Assembly (NCBI RefSeq): GCF_964355755.1
Contig: NC_092677.1
Coordinates: forward strand, 19,490,101 to 19,554,100
DNA length: 64,000 bases
Direction of reading: 5' to 3'
Source: Antedon mediterranea
Lineage: Eukaryota > Animalia > Echinodermata
Of the stretch, positions 23,973-36,185 are shown piece by piece (the first letter of the stretch is position 1; every line of letters begins with the position of its first letter). The notes beneath the pieces are model-generated. The model had not been told where the DNA came from. It ran no database searches and saw only the letters and a list, made by a program, of their open reading frames with translations. The position numbers and the translations under genes were made by a program.

Positions 23973-25864
23973 ACTCAGGCCTAGCAAACGAGGTGATGAT
24001 ATCGAGGCCTAGGCCTATGTACAATCTGTGTGTTGAGGCATTTATGTTCGGTGTATAAGACGTACCCTTAATTTAGAGGTCAAATTTGCGTGTCAAAAGT
24101 GCGACTTATACACCGAAATATACGGTACTAGAGGCCGGATGAAATTGATCATCTTTGATAGCCACTGCCTTTTTCAGAAGACGATCCGAAAATATGTTCT
24201 CCAAAGGCAATTGTGCAGATAAATTATAGACGATGAATTATTTTCGGTAGCGCTCCCGAACCATACTGTTAAAGAATACGTTATAACACTCTCTATAACT
24301 GACCTATAGAAGAACGACATTATTGCAGAGTTTATACCAAAAGTCTACATAGGAAGTAGATTCTTCTCTGGGATTTTCTAGTAATGCGTGTTTTAATTCA
24401 GATCAGTTTTAGCGTAAAATGACAAAAATGACGGACCATCAAAAAACGCTGCATTGCTAAAAAAAAGTCCCTAATATTATATGTATAGAAAAATTTGACC
24501 ACTTTCCTATTCTTTTAAAAGCAACAAAATAATTAGGGGTTTTCTGGCGTGATCTTTTCATTTATGCATTCAAAAAAGTCCCATGACAGTTAGAAATACT
24601 ATAAACTGAGAACAATTTAAAAATGTGTTTTGAGGTCTCCTGGACATCGGTCTTTGTTACAATGGCCAACAATCCAGTCATGCAGGTTGGGATAACTGCT
24701 GTTTTGTCAAGTCAGACAGACAGTTTCTACACTCACGCTAAGGTCAAATTTTCTTTCGAAAGGTCGCCGATTTTTTTAAAAACCATGAAAATGGCTAAAT
24801 TTTTTGGTACTGTATATACATCAAATAAATATATAGATTGTTCTCTTGTATTGTTTTTATCTTTATTCATTCAAAATTTGTGATTAAAATAAAAATAAAA
24901 CATGACCGCATTAAAATATGTTAGGCCTATCTACTGCAGTCTCACCGGCCTGACGCGATACCAGTCGCCACGACCATAGCCTATAGGTGGCCTATTCAAC
25001 GGTTGACTATGCCACAGCCGAGTCATGTATGATCGGCGTCAGGCTTCTATCAATTATCAGCAATGCAGCCTACCTGGATAAAGTTTTTCATCACAAACAA
25101 TATAAAATAATAAATAGTTTCGTTTGTGTTTTATATGCTTCTTATTCACTCGCGAAAACATCGTAACACTCCACAAACGAACTACGACGTCGGCGGAATG
25201 TCCATGCAGCATGTTTGTTATGTTATTGCGCGATATTTTCATCTATACACATGCGCAGTTTGTTTGTTTGTAATTACAAGTTTTGTGAATAATATAAATT
25301 TTTTTTCCGCAAATTGACATCTCCAATCGCAATTTGCAAAAACGTGAATGGGTAGCGTGAGTATAGAGTTTTGAAATGATTACGATTTAAAAATATTTTG
25401 TATTTTTGAGTAATTTACAACTTGGTCCTCCGCCAGTCAAACATAACTCAGTAATTTTCACCTTGTTGCTTCTCAAAGAACGTCACTGTAGGGTTGTTTT
25501 AACTAATCTTGCGGAATCCTTACGAACTTCAGAATGTAGCTTATTGAAAGTTGTTTATTGCGATTATGAGGCCAAACTACATAGCCTACATTCTGTCTAC
25601 GAAGCTAGCTCCTATGAAAAGTTGCAGCATTTTTTCCTTCTGTACTGTAGCTCAATAACAGTTTTATTTTGATATTAAACTTTATTGCTTTTTAATTGGT
25701 AGCAAAATTGGCTAAAAAAAATGTTTAACTTCTCGCCATTTTGGAGGAAAAAGAAAAAAAAAACAGTTGAATCAAGCATGACTTAGTAATGTGGGTGATT
25801 TTATTAGTTTTGTGAGGTGCAAACACATAATTAATATGTTAATTTGATACTATTCCTTCCCCAG

Positions 25865-26037
25865 CTTCAAAGTCCATCATTTGAGGAAAGAGCTTGTGGA
25901 TGTTCTAGTATTGCTAACTTAGTGATAGATAAGAATGCCCTACAGTTACTATTAGACCAAGGTGTAGTAAAAACCTTAGGCCCACTGCTGCTTGACAAGA
26001 ATAATGTAATAAGAGAAGGCTCTACAGGATGTCTGAG
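25865..26037 (+). CDS. HEATR3: HEATR3 exon 2
   Basis: Acceptor ttccttccccag|. Encodes LQSPSFEERACGCSSIANLV...LGPLLLDKNNVIREGSTGCL(R), an ARM/HEAT repeat. Donor AG|GTAAAT; 173 nt, ends phase 2. Confidence 0.92.
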
Positions 26038-26127
26038 GTAAATAAAGTTTTATATTTTTATTTCATTAATTGATGTACAGTACGGTAGATTTTGCTTGCC
26101 TTCCATTGTGAATTGTTTACCTTTCAT

Positions 26128-27420
26128 TAGGTATCCCAATGAAAGCGTACCGAGGGGTATCACTTTTGAAATATTAAAAAAATTCGAATAAGTAGTATGA
26201 CTTTGATGGTAAATAAATTGTGTTCACTCTTAATTAATACTTTATTTGTTTTGTAATTTATATTGTTTGAAAGTACTTGTTTTAATCTATGTATAAGTGT
26301 GTTTACAATTAAAATTAATGAAGTAGTTGCCGAGAAAATGCGATTTTAAAACGGTTCTAAAATCCCGTCGAGCCGATTTCCGCGCGTTGAAAACCTCATC
26401 GGAAAATCCCCATCAGTTTTCAAAACACGATCGCACGATTACCATTGAAGCTAGCGGATTAATTTTGTTGTATGTTATCAGGCTTTAAATGAGCTTTAAT
26501 TTGTGTGAAAATCGTCTTCTATAAATAGGTTTTTCGTAACGAAAGATCAATTTTGGTGACAAAAAACCAATTTTGAATTTTATGGATTTTGGTATTAAAT
26601 TATAGCTAAATCTACATTGAAATCGATAAAACATAGATTACAAACGTATTGTGCATGGTAATTGTGCGAACTACATTTTAAAATGGTGCATGAGGCGTAA
26701 ATCCCGTTCAGAATTTCGAAGATTGAACCATTATAATCCGGTGAATATTGTAGTGAGTAAAATATTGTACTGTAAAGTACGCGCTAGTTTGTTGTGACGT
26801 TTTCCGTTTAATACATCAATGCACCCTATCAGCGAATGGTACGTTCCATATTTTGAACACGTTGTTTTAGTTTTCCTCGCTCGACTTCGGCCGGCTCGAC
26901 GCGAGATGTGTGACAGCAGCGATGTCGGAGATTGACATGTCCTATTCCGTCGTAGAATATCTGGTTTTACACATTAATTTAACAACTTAAAATTGATGTA
27001 CGGTAATGTGCGGAAGATTTATTATGCAAGTATACAATACAAATGCGTTAAGTTAAAATGTACCGAAGAAATTTATTAAGCTAATTTACCAACGTTACAT
27101 TTGACTCTGTATACGGCGGTCGAAAGTCATTAACTGCGACCGAAATACTTTAACGGGAGCGACTACTGATCGCGAGTAAGCCGTGACTTGGCCTAAACTT
27201 TAGCTCCGTATTTCAATTTAATAACGTAATAATACGAAAAGAAAACAATTTTTATAATGTTGTATATACTATTCAGGTAAACAATTAATTGTTTTAATTA
27301 ACATTGATTATTTTAAATGAGTTTATTTTGACCCATTGTGCGTTTGCCTTAAAAAGAGCATATCTTACTTAGCAGCCCAGCTTAGATTTGGTGTCATAAT
27401 CATACGGGCCTAAAATCTTG
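26128..27420 (-). mobile_element. Diverged one-ended relative of the TAGG element, in inverted orientation
   Basis: Begins TAGGTATCCCAATGAA. Internal blocks (e.g. 26365-26440) align to the reverse complement of 21535-21615. Second end not found, so the right boundary is approximate. Confidence 0.6.
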
Positions 27421-28439
27421 TTTTACGTATTCAAAAGTTATATATAATAGTATGCTGTTCAGTGTTGCGTAACGATGATTCCAACGCGTTATTAACAGTC
27501 CTTGTTATGGTATGTTGGTGAAATCCTATGATGACTCAAAATAACGGGTTATTAGCAGTCCGGTCATTGTTGTTACAACGCGTTGTAACAACGTAAAAAA
27601 TTATATTTATTAAAATAATCATGTATAATACTGTATCCTAGGCCTACCGTAAAATAAAAATATATATAGGCCTAGGCCTACACGGTAAAATAAAAATATA
27701 TAGGTCTAAGCATACTATTTACGATTCGATTCATGGTATTTTTTAGCCTGGTACGTCGGGCGACACGTGTCTAAATTTCTAATAGCCGACTTTCACCTGA
27801 AAAAAAATACGCATTTTTGATCCCTGGATGTAACATGATATTGACGCGAATACCGCACTACAGAGAGCTAGGCCATGAACGATTCGTTAAAAGTACACCG
27901 CCAGACAATCGGGTAGCTATTGTTTAGATTACATACTATAAACAATTAATAACAAAGAAAGCCTAGAAAGATAAGCTCCTCCTCTCGTTAAAATTGTTAA
28001 ATAATTTTGCTTTGACTGAGCCATTTTGTGACGGTTTCAACTCTTATCCATAACATTTCATTAATTAAACAATCAAATATAGATTTGCACTTTAGACAAT
28101 ATTTTTTTAAATAATTTACTGTATCAGTTCAGACTGTGAAGAACATGGATTTCGAAAGGTACACTTTATTTAACGCCAGGAATTCTTCTCACGGAAAAAA
28201 ATGTGCTGATTGCAATCTGCATAAGCAACCAAAGATCCTGTATCTTTCTGGGATTCTGCCTTTTCCCCAGATTTATTGTTATTTGTATATGACATAAAAC
28301 CTCAGTACTGTGGAATAATGCTACTCTATATAGGCCTACTGTCATTCAACACTATCGTCCGTTAGCTCTGCGTTTAACGGACACAAACACTCAGTAACCT
28401 GTGGAATAATGCTATACTCTGTATGCTGTCATTCAATAT

Positions 28440-29350
28440 TATATAACACCTATATAAATTCCTGTCATTTGATTGGACGAATGTGGGTCACATGGCGTGC
28501 AATAGTACGCACTATTCAACGATCGTTAAATAGTACTTTTTGAAACATTTTTGTGTACGAAAAAAAAAATGTCTCGCGGATGAAAAAAAATCTAGTACAC
28601 AAATTATCCTATGATATGGCTATGTACTGTGAAATACAACAGCGCCACCTGTCGTCTGGTCTCAGTTTCATTTGTAAACACCACCGCGAGATATGCAACA
28701 GCAGCAGATATTTGTGTACGATTTGGACATTATGTACTAATTTCATTCAAAGAGGCATTTAAATTAGCTTTAGATCGTTTTTAGGATTTTGATTAATTAA
28801 TGGGCACATCCCTACAAGACGTGGAATTGTTGGAAAAACCATAATTAGCTTAGATAAGTTCCAATTGTCTGTCGAAGTTTTGCCTTTCAGCCAAGCTAGT
28901 ACTAGGCTACTAGGTCTAGCCTAGGCCATGCTAGTATTAGGCTAGGCCTAGCCTAGGCGTTTTAGCCTTGCTAGGCCTAGGATTGTTTGGTCGTTTGTTG
29001 ACATAATTAACACAAAAGTAGGTGTGTTTACGAAATCCATATAAATATAACATTTAATATAACATTATTAAAAACCAAATGTTACTGTTTTTAATCAAAT
29101 GTGTGTGAATGAAATGTAGTAAGCTTTGGCTAGGGCTACCTTTTATTTGATTCAAATAACTAGAATTTATTTAGATGTTATATAAAACAAATAATGAATG
29201 TTTTGTATTCGTGTAATGGTACAAATAATGGCACTTGGTGAATGATGAAAGGTTATATCAACTCGGCTTTGCCTCGTTGATATAACCTTTCATCATTCAC
29301 CTCGTGCCATTATTTGTACCATTGCACTCATAAACATTCATTATTTGTAT
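28440..29350. mobile_element. Element with a long terminal hairpin (possibly Crypton-like non-autonomous), inserted in a short tandem repeat
   Basis: ~75-bp stem at 29187-29348 around loop TCGGCTTTGCCTC. It interrupts ACTATCGTCCGTTAG repeat units (28351, 29351, 29432). No TIR or TSD. Confidence 0.55.
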
Positions 29351-29444
29351 ACTATCGTCCGTTAGATCAGCGTTTAACGGACACAAAAACTCAGTAGATT
29401 GTGGAATGATGCTACTCTACTGTAATTCAATACTATCGTCCGTT

Positions 29445-29766
29445 AGAGAGAGAAAGGGGTCGGTGTCCGTCCGTGTTTTGAATTCTTACAAAAAAGCTTC
29501 AGAAATCATATAACTATAACTATAATTTATATTCTACTACATAACCTATTTATTATTTATATGGATCGTAAATACACGTAATATTTATATGAAATACAAA
29601 AAGATACAGATGTATTGTAGACAGTCCTACTACTCTACTACGCAATCTGATGAATAATAGGGGAAATCCCCAAAAACATGTTGCGGGTAGAATTTTTTTT
29701 TTTTTTTAAATTCCACCCTCAACCAGAAACAAAGCTATTTTTTAATTTTGGCCTATTCGAGGCCTG
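29445..29766 (+). repeat. Deleted right-end fragment of the 17525-19227 family
   Basis: Matches 18505-19100 with internal deletions and ends ATTCGAGGCCTG. Confidence 0.8.
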
Positions 29767-32700
29767 TGCGTGTTGTACATCGCTTCACGGTGCTAAAAAA
29801 ACCATGTGCTTTCTAATAACGTGACGTCATATCGCCCAAAGTTTCCTCCTCTGTTTTTGGACACACTTCTACTCGCGCGGCAGCTACAGTCAGTAAATGT
29901 TTTAGCTCTAGATAAACGGCGACCGGTTTCTATATTGTTTGGTCCATACCATCGTCCATAAAGGCTATACATGCTGATACTATCGATACGACAGTCGGGG
30001 TTTTATCCGTGTTTACAATTTCGCCATTTTTTTTTTTCAATCAGGTGTACGGGGTAAAAAATAAAAAAGGAATTAACGTCAAGAATGCTAAACAAAAAAT
30101 TAGTATATTATAGGAATGTTCTATAAGTTGAAAATGTTCAACAAAAATTGTGGAATTGTAGATGCTGATAATTTAATGTTGGGTAAGGTTGTTTTAACAG
30201 CATTTTTTTTGCCGTTGAAATGACGGTTTACCAGTCCAGTAAAGATAAGTCAAAATTAGGGTGAACCTAGAACAAATTGCAACAGAATTTTTTTTTGTTT
30301 TGTCTGGTAAATATGGTTCAAATGAATATCATATCCAAAGTTTACCAAAATCGGACATCGGGAAGTGGGTTAATTAGCATAAATTCAAAATGGCCGCCAT
30401 TTGCTATTTTGAAGCCTCATATCTCTCTAACGGTTGGATTTAGACCACCTAAGTGCATTACGAGTAGATATAAATGTGATATTAAACATTCTAATTAGCA
30501 TATTTAAATTTCCATATGACGTACTTATGACGTCATATGGTAGTTGTGACGTCATATATTATGTTATAACTGTTTAAATGACATTGTACTATTCGAACAA
30601 TTTAGGGACTGCAAGAAAACATGTTTCTTGACATTCTCCTTGTTAAAATGAACATTATTTCCAAAGTTTACCAAAATCAGACGTCAGGAAGTGGGTTAAT
30701 TAGCATACATTCAAAATGGCCGCTATTTATCATACCATTTTGAAGCTCCATATCTCCTTAACGCTTGGTTTTAGACCACCTAAGTGCATTGAGAGTAGAT
30801 ATAAATGTGATATTAAACTTTATAATTAGCATATTTAAATTGCCATATAACGTACCTATGATGTCATAAGACATATGACGTCATGTATTTTGTCACAATA
30901 ATGCTCAATTGGCATTATTCTAAGGGGAAAACCGAAAGGAAAAAATGTTTTTAATCTCATGAAAATAGTAGAACATTTACCACATCCAGGTTAAGATCAT
31001 GGGTATCAGAAGTTATTCGGCCACCCTTCACAACATGCAATAGAACATTCCAGTTAATTTTCTGCAACTGCAACTTTTTATAACTGCGTATACTGTATAT
31101 CTCATATATCTCATATTTAAAGAAATAGGATTCTTAATTAAGTAATGAGTCTGGGATTTAATAATTCGACCCCATCTTAAATATGGAGTTGGATCACAGT
31201 AAGTTTCCAATCCAAAGTACATACATAGAAAATGTAATGTTGGCGCCGTCAAAATACTTCCACCATACATGTAGGCACAGCAAGTCTACTTCATTGGCTT
31301 TTCTGATGTCTTTTTAAATTTTGGACCAAACACTTTTTGCTTAGAATAGAATGCATCCCCCTGTTTCTTTGCAAGTGCAGAGCATTACAAAGATGTTGCA
31401 AATTTGCTCCTTAAGATGTTTTCTTTAAGTACCAATTATTCCACTATTTTTTGCTTCTTCTGTCTTAAAACGCAATCGCTTTTTTTAATTATGGCAAAGT
31501 AAGATATTTAATAGATCCCCATCTGCATTCAAAGTTTCTATTCCATTTTTCTGACATTTTTTGTCAAGGAAGTTGAATACTGTCTTGTCGAAAAATAAAA
31601 TACTGTAATTAGTAGTGGCAAGTTTGAAAATTACTGTATTACCTTAACAACCCCTTTTTGGATTCCGTTGATGTGTATCTTTTAACTGATGGTTCTTCAT
31701 CCTAGTTAACACTAGGATGAAGTTTCCTTGTTATATGCTCATTGAATCTTGGAAACAGCATTCAAAAGATAAACATTATATAAAACATCATAAAAAGTTG
31801 TTATCTCATAAATGATCGACACCAAACAGATGCAATAAAATAGCAAATTTGAAAGAGCAGAATGGAGATGCTGACTATACAGAAAACTACAGTATGACAT
31901 TTATCATTTTCATTTCAATTGAGATGAGTTTGTGGGAATATGATGGGTTTGAATAGCCTGACCCACAATCAATCGCCTCATTACAATATTTTTTTTATTC
32001 CTTTACCAATTTAAAGAGATAAAGTTCTAAAAGATGTAGTTTTAGAAAACACAAAACAAGATGTGCGCTTGAGTACAAATCAGTTTCGGAAATACAGTTG
32101 ATGATCACCTTTCATACGGTTCTGTAGAATATCTATTTTCATAAGATTTTGTAAATGGAAACTTAATGATAAATTTCAATGGTTTTTACATATATCTACT
32201 CGTAATGCACATAGGCTGTCTAAACCCAACCGCTAAGGAGATACAGGGCTTCAAAATGGTATTTTGAATTTATGCTAATTGACCCTCTTGAAGTCTGATT
32301 TTGGTGAACTTAGGATATCATGTTCATTTCAACAGGAAATTGTTAGAAAATTGTTTTACTGCAGTTTCTACATTTTTTAGCATGGGATAATGCCATTTAA
32401 GCAGTTATATAATATATGACGTCACAACTACATTATGACGTCATATTTACGTCATATGGTAATTTAAATGTGCTAATTGGGAAGTTTAATGTCACATTTA
32501 TATCTACTCGCAATGCACTTTGGTGGTCTAAAACCACCATTACGGAGATATAGGGCTTCAAAATGATATAGTAAATAGCGGCCATTTTTAATTTATGCTA
32601 ATTAACACACTTCCTGACGTCCGATTTTGGTAAACTTTGGAAATTATGTTCATTTCAACAAGGAGAATGTTAGGAAACTTGTTTTTCTGCAGTTTCTAAA

Positions 32701-32896
32701 TTTTTCGCATAGTATAATGTCATTTAAGCATTTATAACATAATTTATGACGTCACAACTACCATATGACGTCATAGGTACGTCCTATGGAAATTTAAATA
32801 TGCCAGTTAGAATGTTTAATATCACATTTATATCTACTCGTAAAGTATATAGGTGGTCCAAATCCAACCGTTAAGGAGATATGGGGCTTTAAAATA

Positions 32897-34023
32897 CCGT
32901 ATATTTCGGTGTATAAGTCGCACCTGTGTATAAGACGCACCCCCAACTGAGAGTAAAATATCGGTATTTTTTATATCGTCGATGTATAAGACGCACCTTA
33001 TATTTCATCAAAACAATGTTTTTTTAAATTGTAATCAATATTATTGTAATAATATATTTTGTTATATGAGTCTTTTCACAGTAAACCAACAGTAAACCAA
33101 CACCAAACCTTACATTTTTCAAAAAAACTAAATGTATATATTTATTGTTCAAACTTAGGGTATTATTAGGTAATTTAATTTAGCTTTATAAAACAAAAGT
33201 CAAAAGATAACTTTTGAGTGTGTTCAATATAAAAAATGTGGTTGTTTGTAACATGGTGGAACATATCACGGGTGTAACATTGACATACACAGATGCAAGA
33301 AACAGATATAAAACTACAGAGGTTAGTCAATTTATTCAACTATTTTATTAAACTTCATGAACTTAGAAAGTTTAACACTAAAAATTATGAATGCTATTCT
33401 TTTTTTTTTCAAGAATCATGAAATAAACACTTTCAGAATCCATTCTTACAAATCGAAACATATGAATTTTTATATAACATGGAATTTTTAATCAAAATTG
33501 TTTACTAAGTTTTTATATAATTGATTTCATCCAATCACACCACTATCTATTTAATTAAAAGCATACCATTAATTTTATTTTAACAAAAATCTTCTTTAAT
33601 GATGCCCACGTATTTACCATTTTAGTATAACGGACGAACATTGACATACATTTTTTAGTATTTTAGTAATTACTTTTATATTTAGAGCTGTGATAATATG
33701 AAACAAACAAAAAAGCTAATAATACATAAACAATGAATGATTATGAGTTAAGTTGGAAGATAAAGTTTAATAAAGTCAAGTTAAATAAGACAGTCAGGTA
33801 AGAACAAATGAAAATACTCTCAAACCTATTTATTTATCAAAAACTATTGAAAATAAATATTTGTAGTTTTTATTATATTGTGTCATGCACTGATTTTTGT
33901 TTAAATAGAAAAATGATAGGCCTACCTCATTATCTTTCAATATTAAACAAAAATAACTACACAGTACACCCTACTTACATTTGTGTTTAACACAGCTATC
34001 TATTTAGTTATGACCCACTACAT

Positions 34024-34060
<37 letters not shown>

Positions 34061-36185
34061 CTCCCTCTTAATTCCCCCCCCCCCTCCGTCCCCATTCATC
34101 ACTGACCCAGGGGATATGACACATGAATAGTGTATTTTAATCCCTTCCCATCGCGCGCGGCTCCGCCCCTTCCCCCTCCTCCATTTAAACTCATACATTT
34201 TAACAATAGGTTTGATATTAATTTTTTAGTTATTAAATCACTAAACGTACTGTATTAAATAAATGGGTTTCCCCGTGATTTGACGTCATCACCAAGACTG
34301 TTCATTGGTTGATGATGACGTCATTCCAGCACATTGGCTCACCGGGGTATGCATTATAACGTTTTACCGAGCGCCGTTAGAGGGGATTAATTTGGCTTTA
34401 TTTTCATAAATTTAGCATAAAAATTTAATTAATGTTAAAAGATGTGTTGTTTATAATATAATTAATTAATATCCATCAAAGATATGCATAAATATCTGTT
34501 AAACTACGTGTTATTTAACTTATTTACACACCCTTTTATGGCTAATAGTCAGTGTGTGTCAATGTTCGTCCGTGAATGAACTCTCTACTTTTTTGAATCT
34601 AGAGATTGTTTACGTTGTCAACATGTCGTCATATTGTAGTCGTTTCGTCCCTGAACGTTGTTTGTTAATTTAAACTTTAATTTAAACAAAATAAAATAAT
34701 AGTAAACCTGAAATCATTATTAATATGGAAAAATATACTCACGGACGTAACAATGTCACGGGCGTAACTTCCTTGACATTCACAGTGATTTTGCGGTAAG
34801 CTTTCGCTTGCCTGATTTTCCAGCCTTTAATAAGGTGAGAGCGGGAGAAAATGTCATCGCCTGCAAGACTCGCTTATCGCCTGATTACCGATCTGGTGTG
34901 ATGTTGGCTTTTCACGGGCGTAACATCAATTTTGACATACGAAGTTAACTTTATCTAATAAAGTTATTTAATAATAAAACAACTTGTTGTGGAATAGTTT
35001 AGATTATTTACCGAATATAATTCTTGTTAGCCAATTATTTTGTCGCATTTTTGTATTACTTTTTATTTACTTTGTAGCAATAGTGGTTGTGTGAAATTGG
35101 GCTATTTTTTGACATACGACAGTTACGTCCGTTAATGCCATCTTTCAGTAACTTTTTTTCATTGTTAAATATGTTCGATTTTTTTGGTCTTTTCACATGA
35201 TTTATTTTCGATATTATTGTTGAATTATAATCATGAACAAACATTGTGGGTTTGGAGTAAAAATAAATATATGCCTTGTCCAGTTATAAGTATAAATCAA
35301 TGTAAGGTTTTTCACAGTGAGAAAGTGACCAGTACTAGTTTGTATTCAAGTAACACAATGGGAAAAAAAGTCCTATGGTGTTTATATTGTTTATTTTATA
35401 TATACATAAATGCCATAATAATAATTAAAAAAAAAAAAATATTCTATCATCATATTTTTTTAGTGTATTCAGTATATAAAAAATACACCTTTATGTGTTG
35501 GTTTACCGTGAAAGGACTCATATCTACAACGGCGTCCTTTATTTAGGTTTTTTCTTACCTAGGCTCGGCCGCGCCCAGCCTCAACAAGTTCTTTCTAACT
35601 TGTTATTCATGAGTTTCGCTGCAACATCGAGTGCATGACCGTGTGTGTAACACGCACGTGTGTGGGCTAGCCTCGCTCGATCATTTCGAGAGGGCGCACG
35701 TTTTCACGGACAATCATATTCGATTAGTATCTATGTATCCGAGAAGTGTGTACGCTAGGTCCATGCTATAATCACCTGGAGAATATACTAGTCGAATACC
35801 GTACACCATGTGCCACCAAAAGAAGGGCTTGCGCTTGGGGTACGGCGATCGTGCGTATAACTACTGTATAAATAAATACTATTCCAATCGTACGACGTAA
35901 ACGTTTACAAATGAAATTTTATCGGAGCGCCATAATGAACAAATCTTTTCATCATATTTAGTATAACATCATGCTAAAATGACTTGAAAACTAGGCCTAG
36001 GCAGAAGCAGGTTGCCGTTACGTTAGTTAGTTACTGTAGCTAGGCCTAGCAAACGAGGTGACGATAGCCTAGGCCTATGTACAATCTGTGTGGTGAGGCA
36101 TTTATGTTCGGTGTATAAGACGCACCCTTAATTTAGAGGTCAAATTTGCGTGTCAAAAGTGCGACTTATACACCGAAATATACGG
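32897..36185. mobile_element. pogo/Tc2-like MITE, copy 2
   Basis: Same TIRs and TA TSD as 19752-24125; near-identical core. Confidence 0.9.
33068..35519. mobile_element. Sola-like non-autonomous element
   Basis: GAGTCTTTTCACAGTAAACCAAC...GTTGGTTTACCGTGAAAGGACTC with 4-bp TSD ATAT. Absent from pogo-like copy 1. Confidence 0.8.

Larger units (their letters stand above)
19752..24125. mobile_element. Tc1/mariner-superfamily (pogo/Tc2-like) MITE, copy 1, with two nested insertions
   Basis: TA|CCGTATATTTCGGTGTATAAGTCGCAC...GTGCGACTTATACACCGAAATATACGG|TA. Core is ~0.85 kb after removing the inserts; second copy at 32897-36185. Confidence 0.9.
19508..24350 (-). mobile_element. 5'-truncated Rex1/Babar-like LINE fragment, split by the pogo-like element (pieces 19508-19749 and 24128-24350)
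   Basis: Minus-strand peptides FFYRSVIESVITYSLTVWFGS and FQSMRSGRRFCSIKANKAQFTNSFFPGAIRALN, followed by AATAAA and a (CTTGA)n tail. Confidence 0.72.

Noticed and set aside
31020-31560. Cys-rich minus-strand peptide traces inside the second Academ-like element
   Set aside because: Too degraded, and the motif order did not match Academ, so I did not annotate it.
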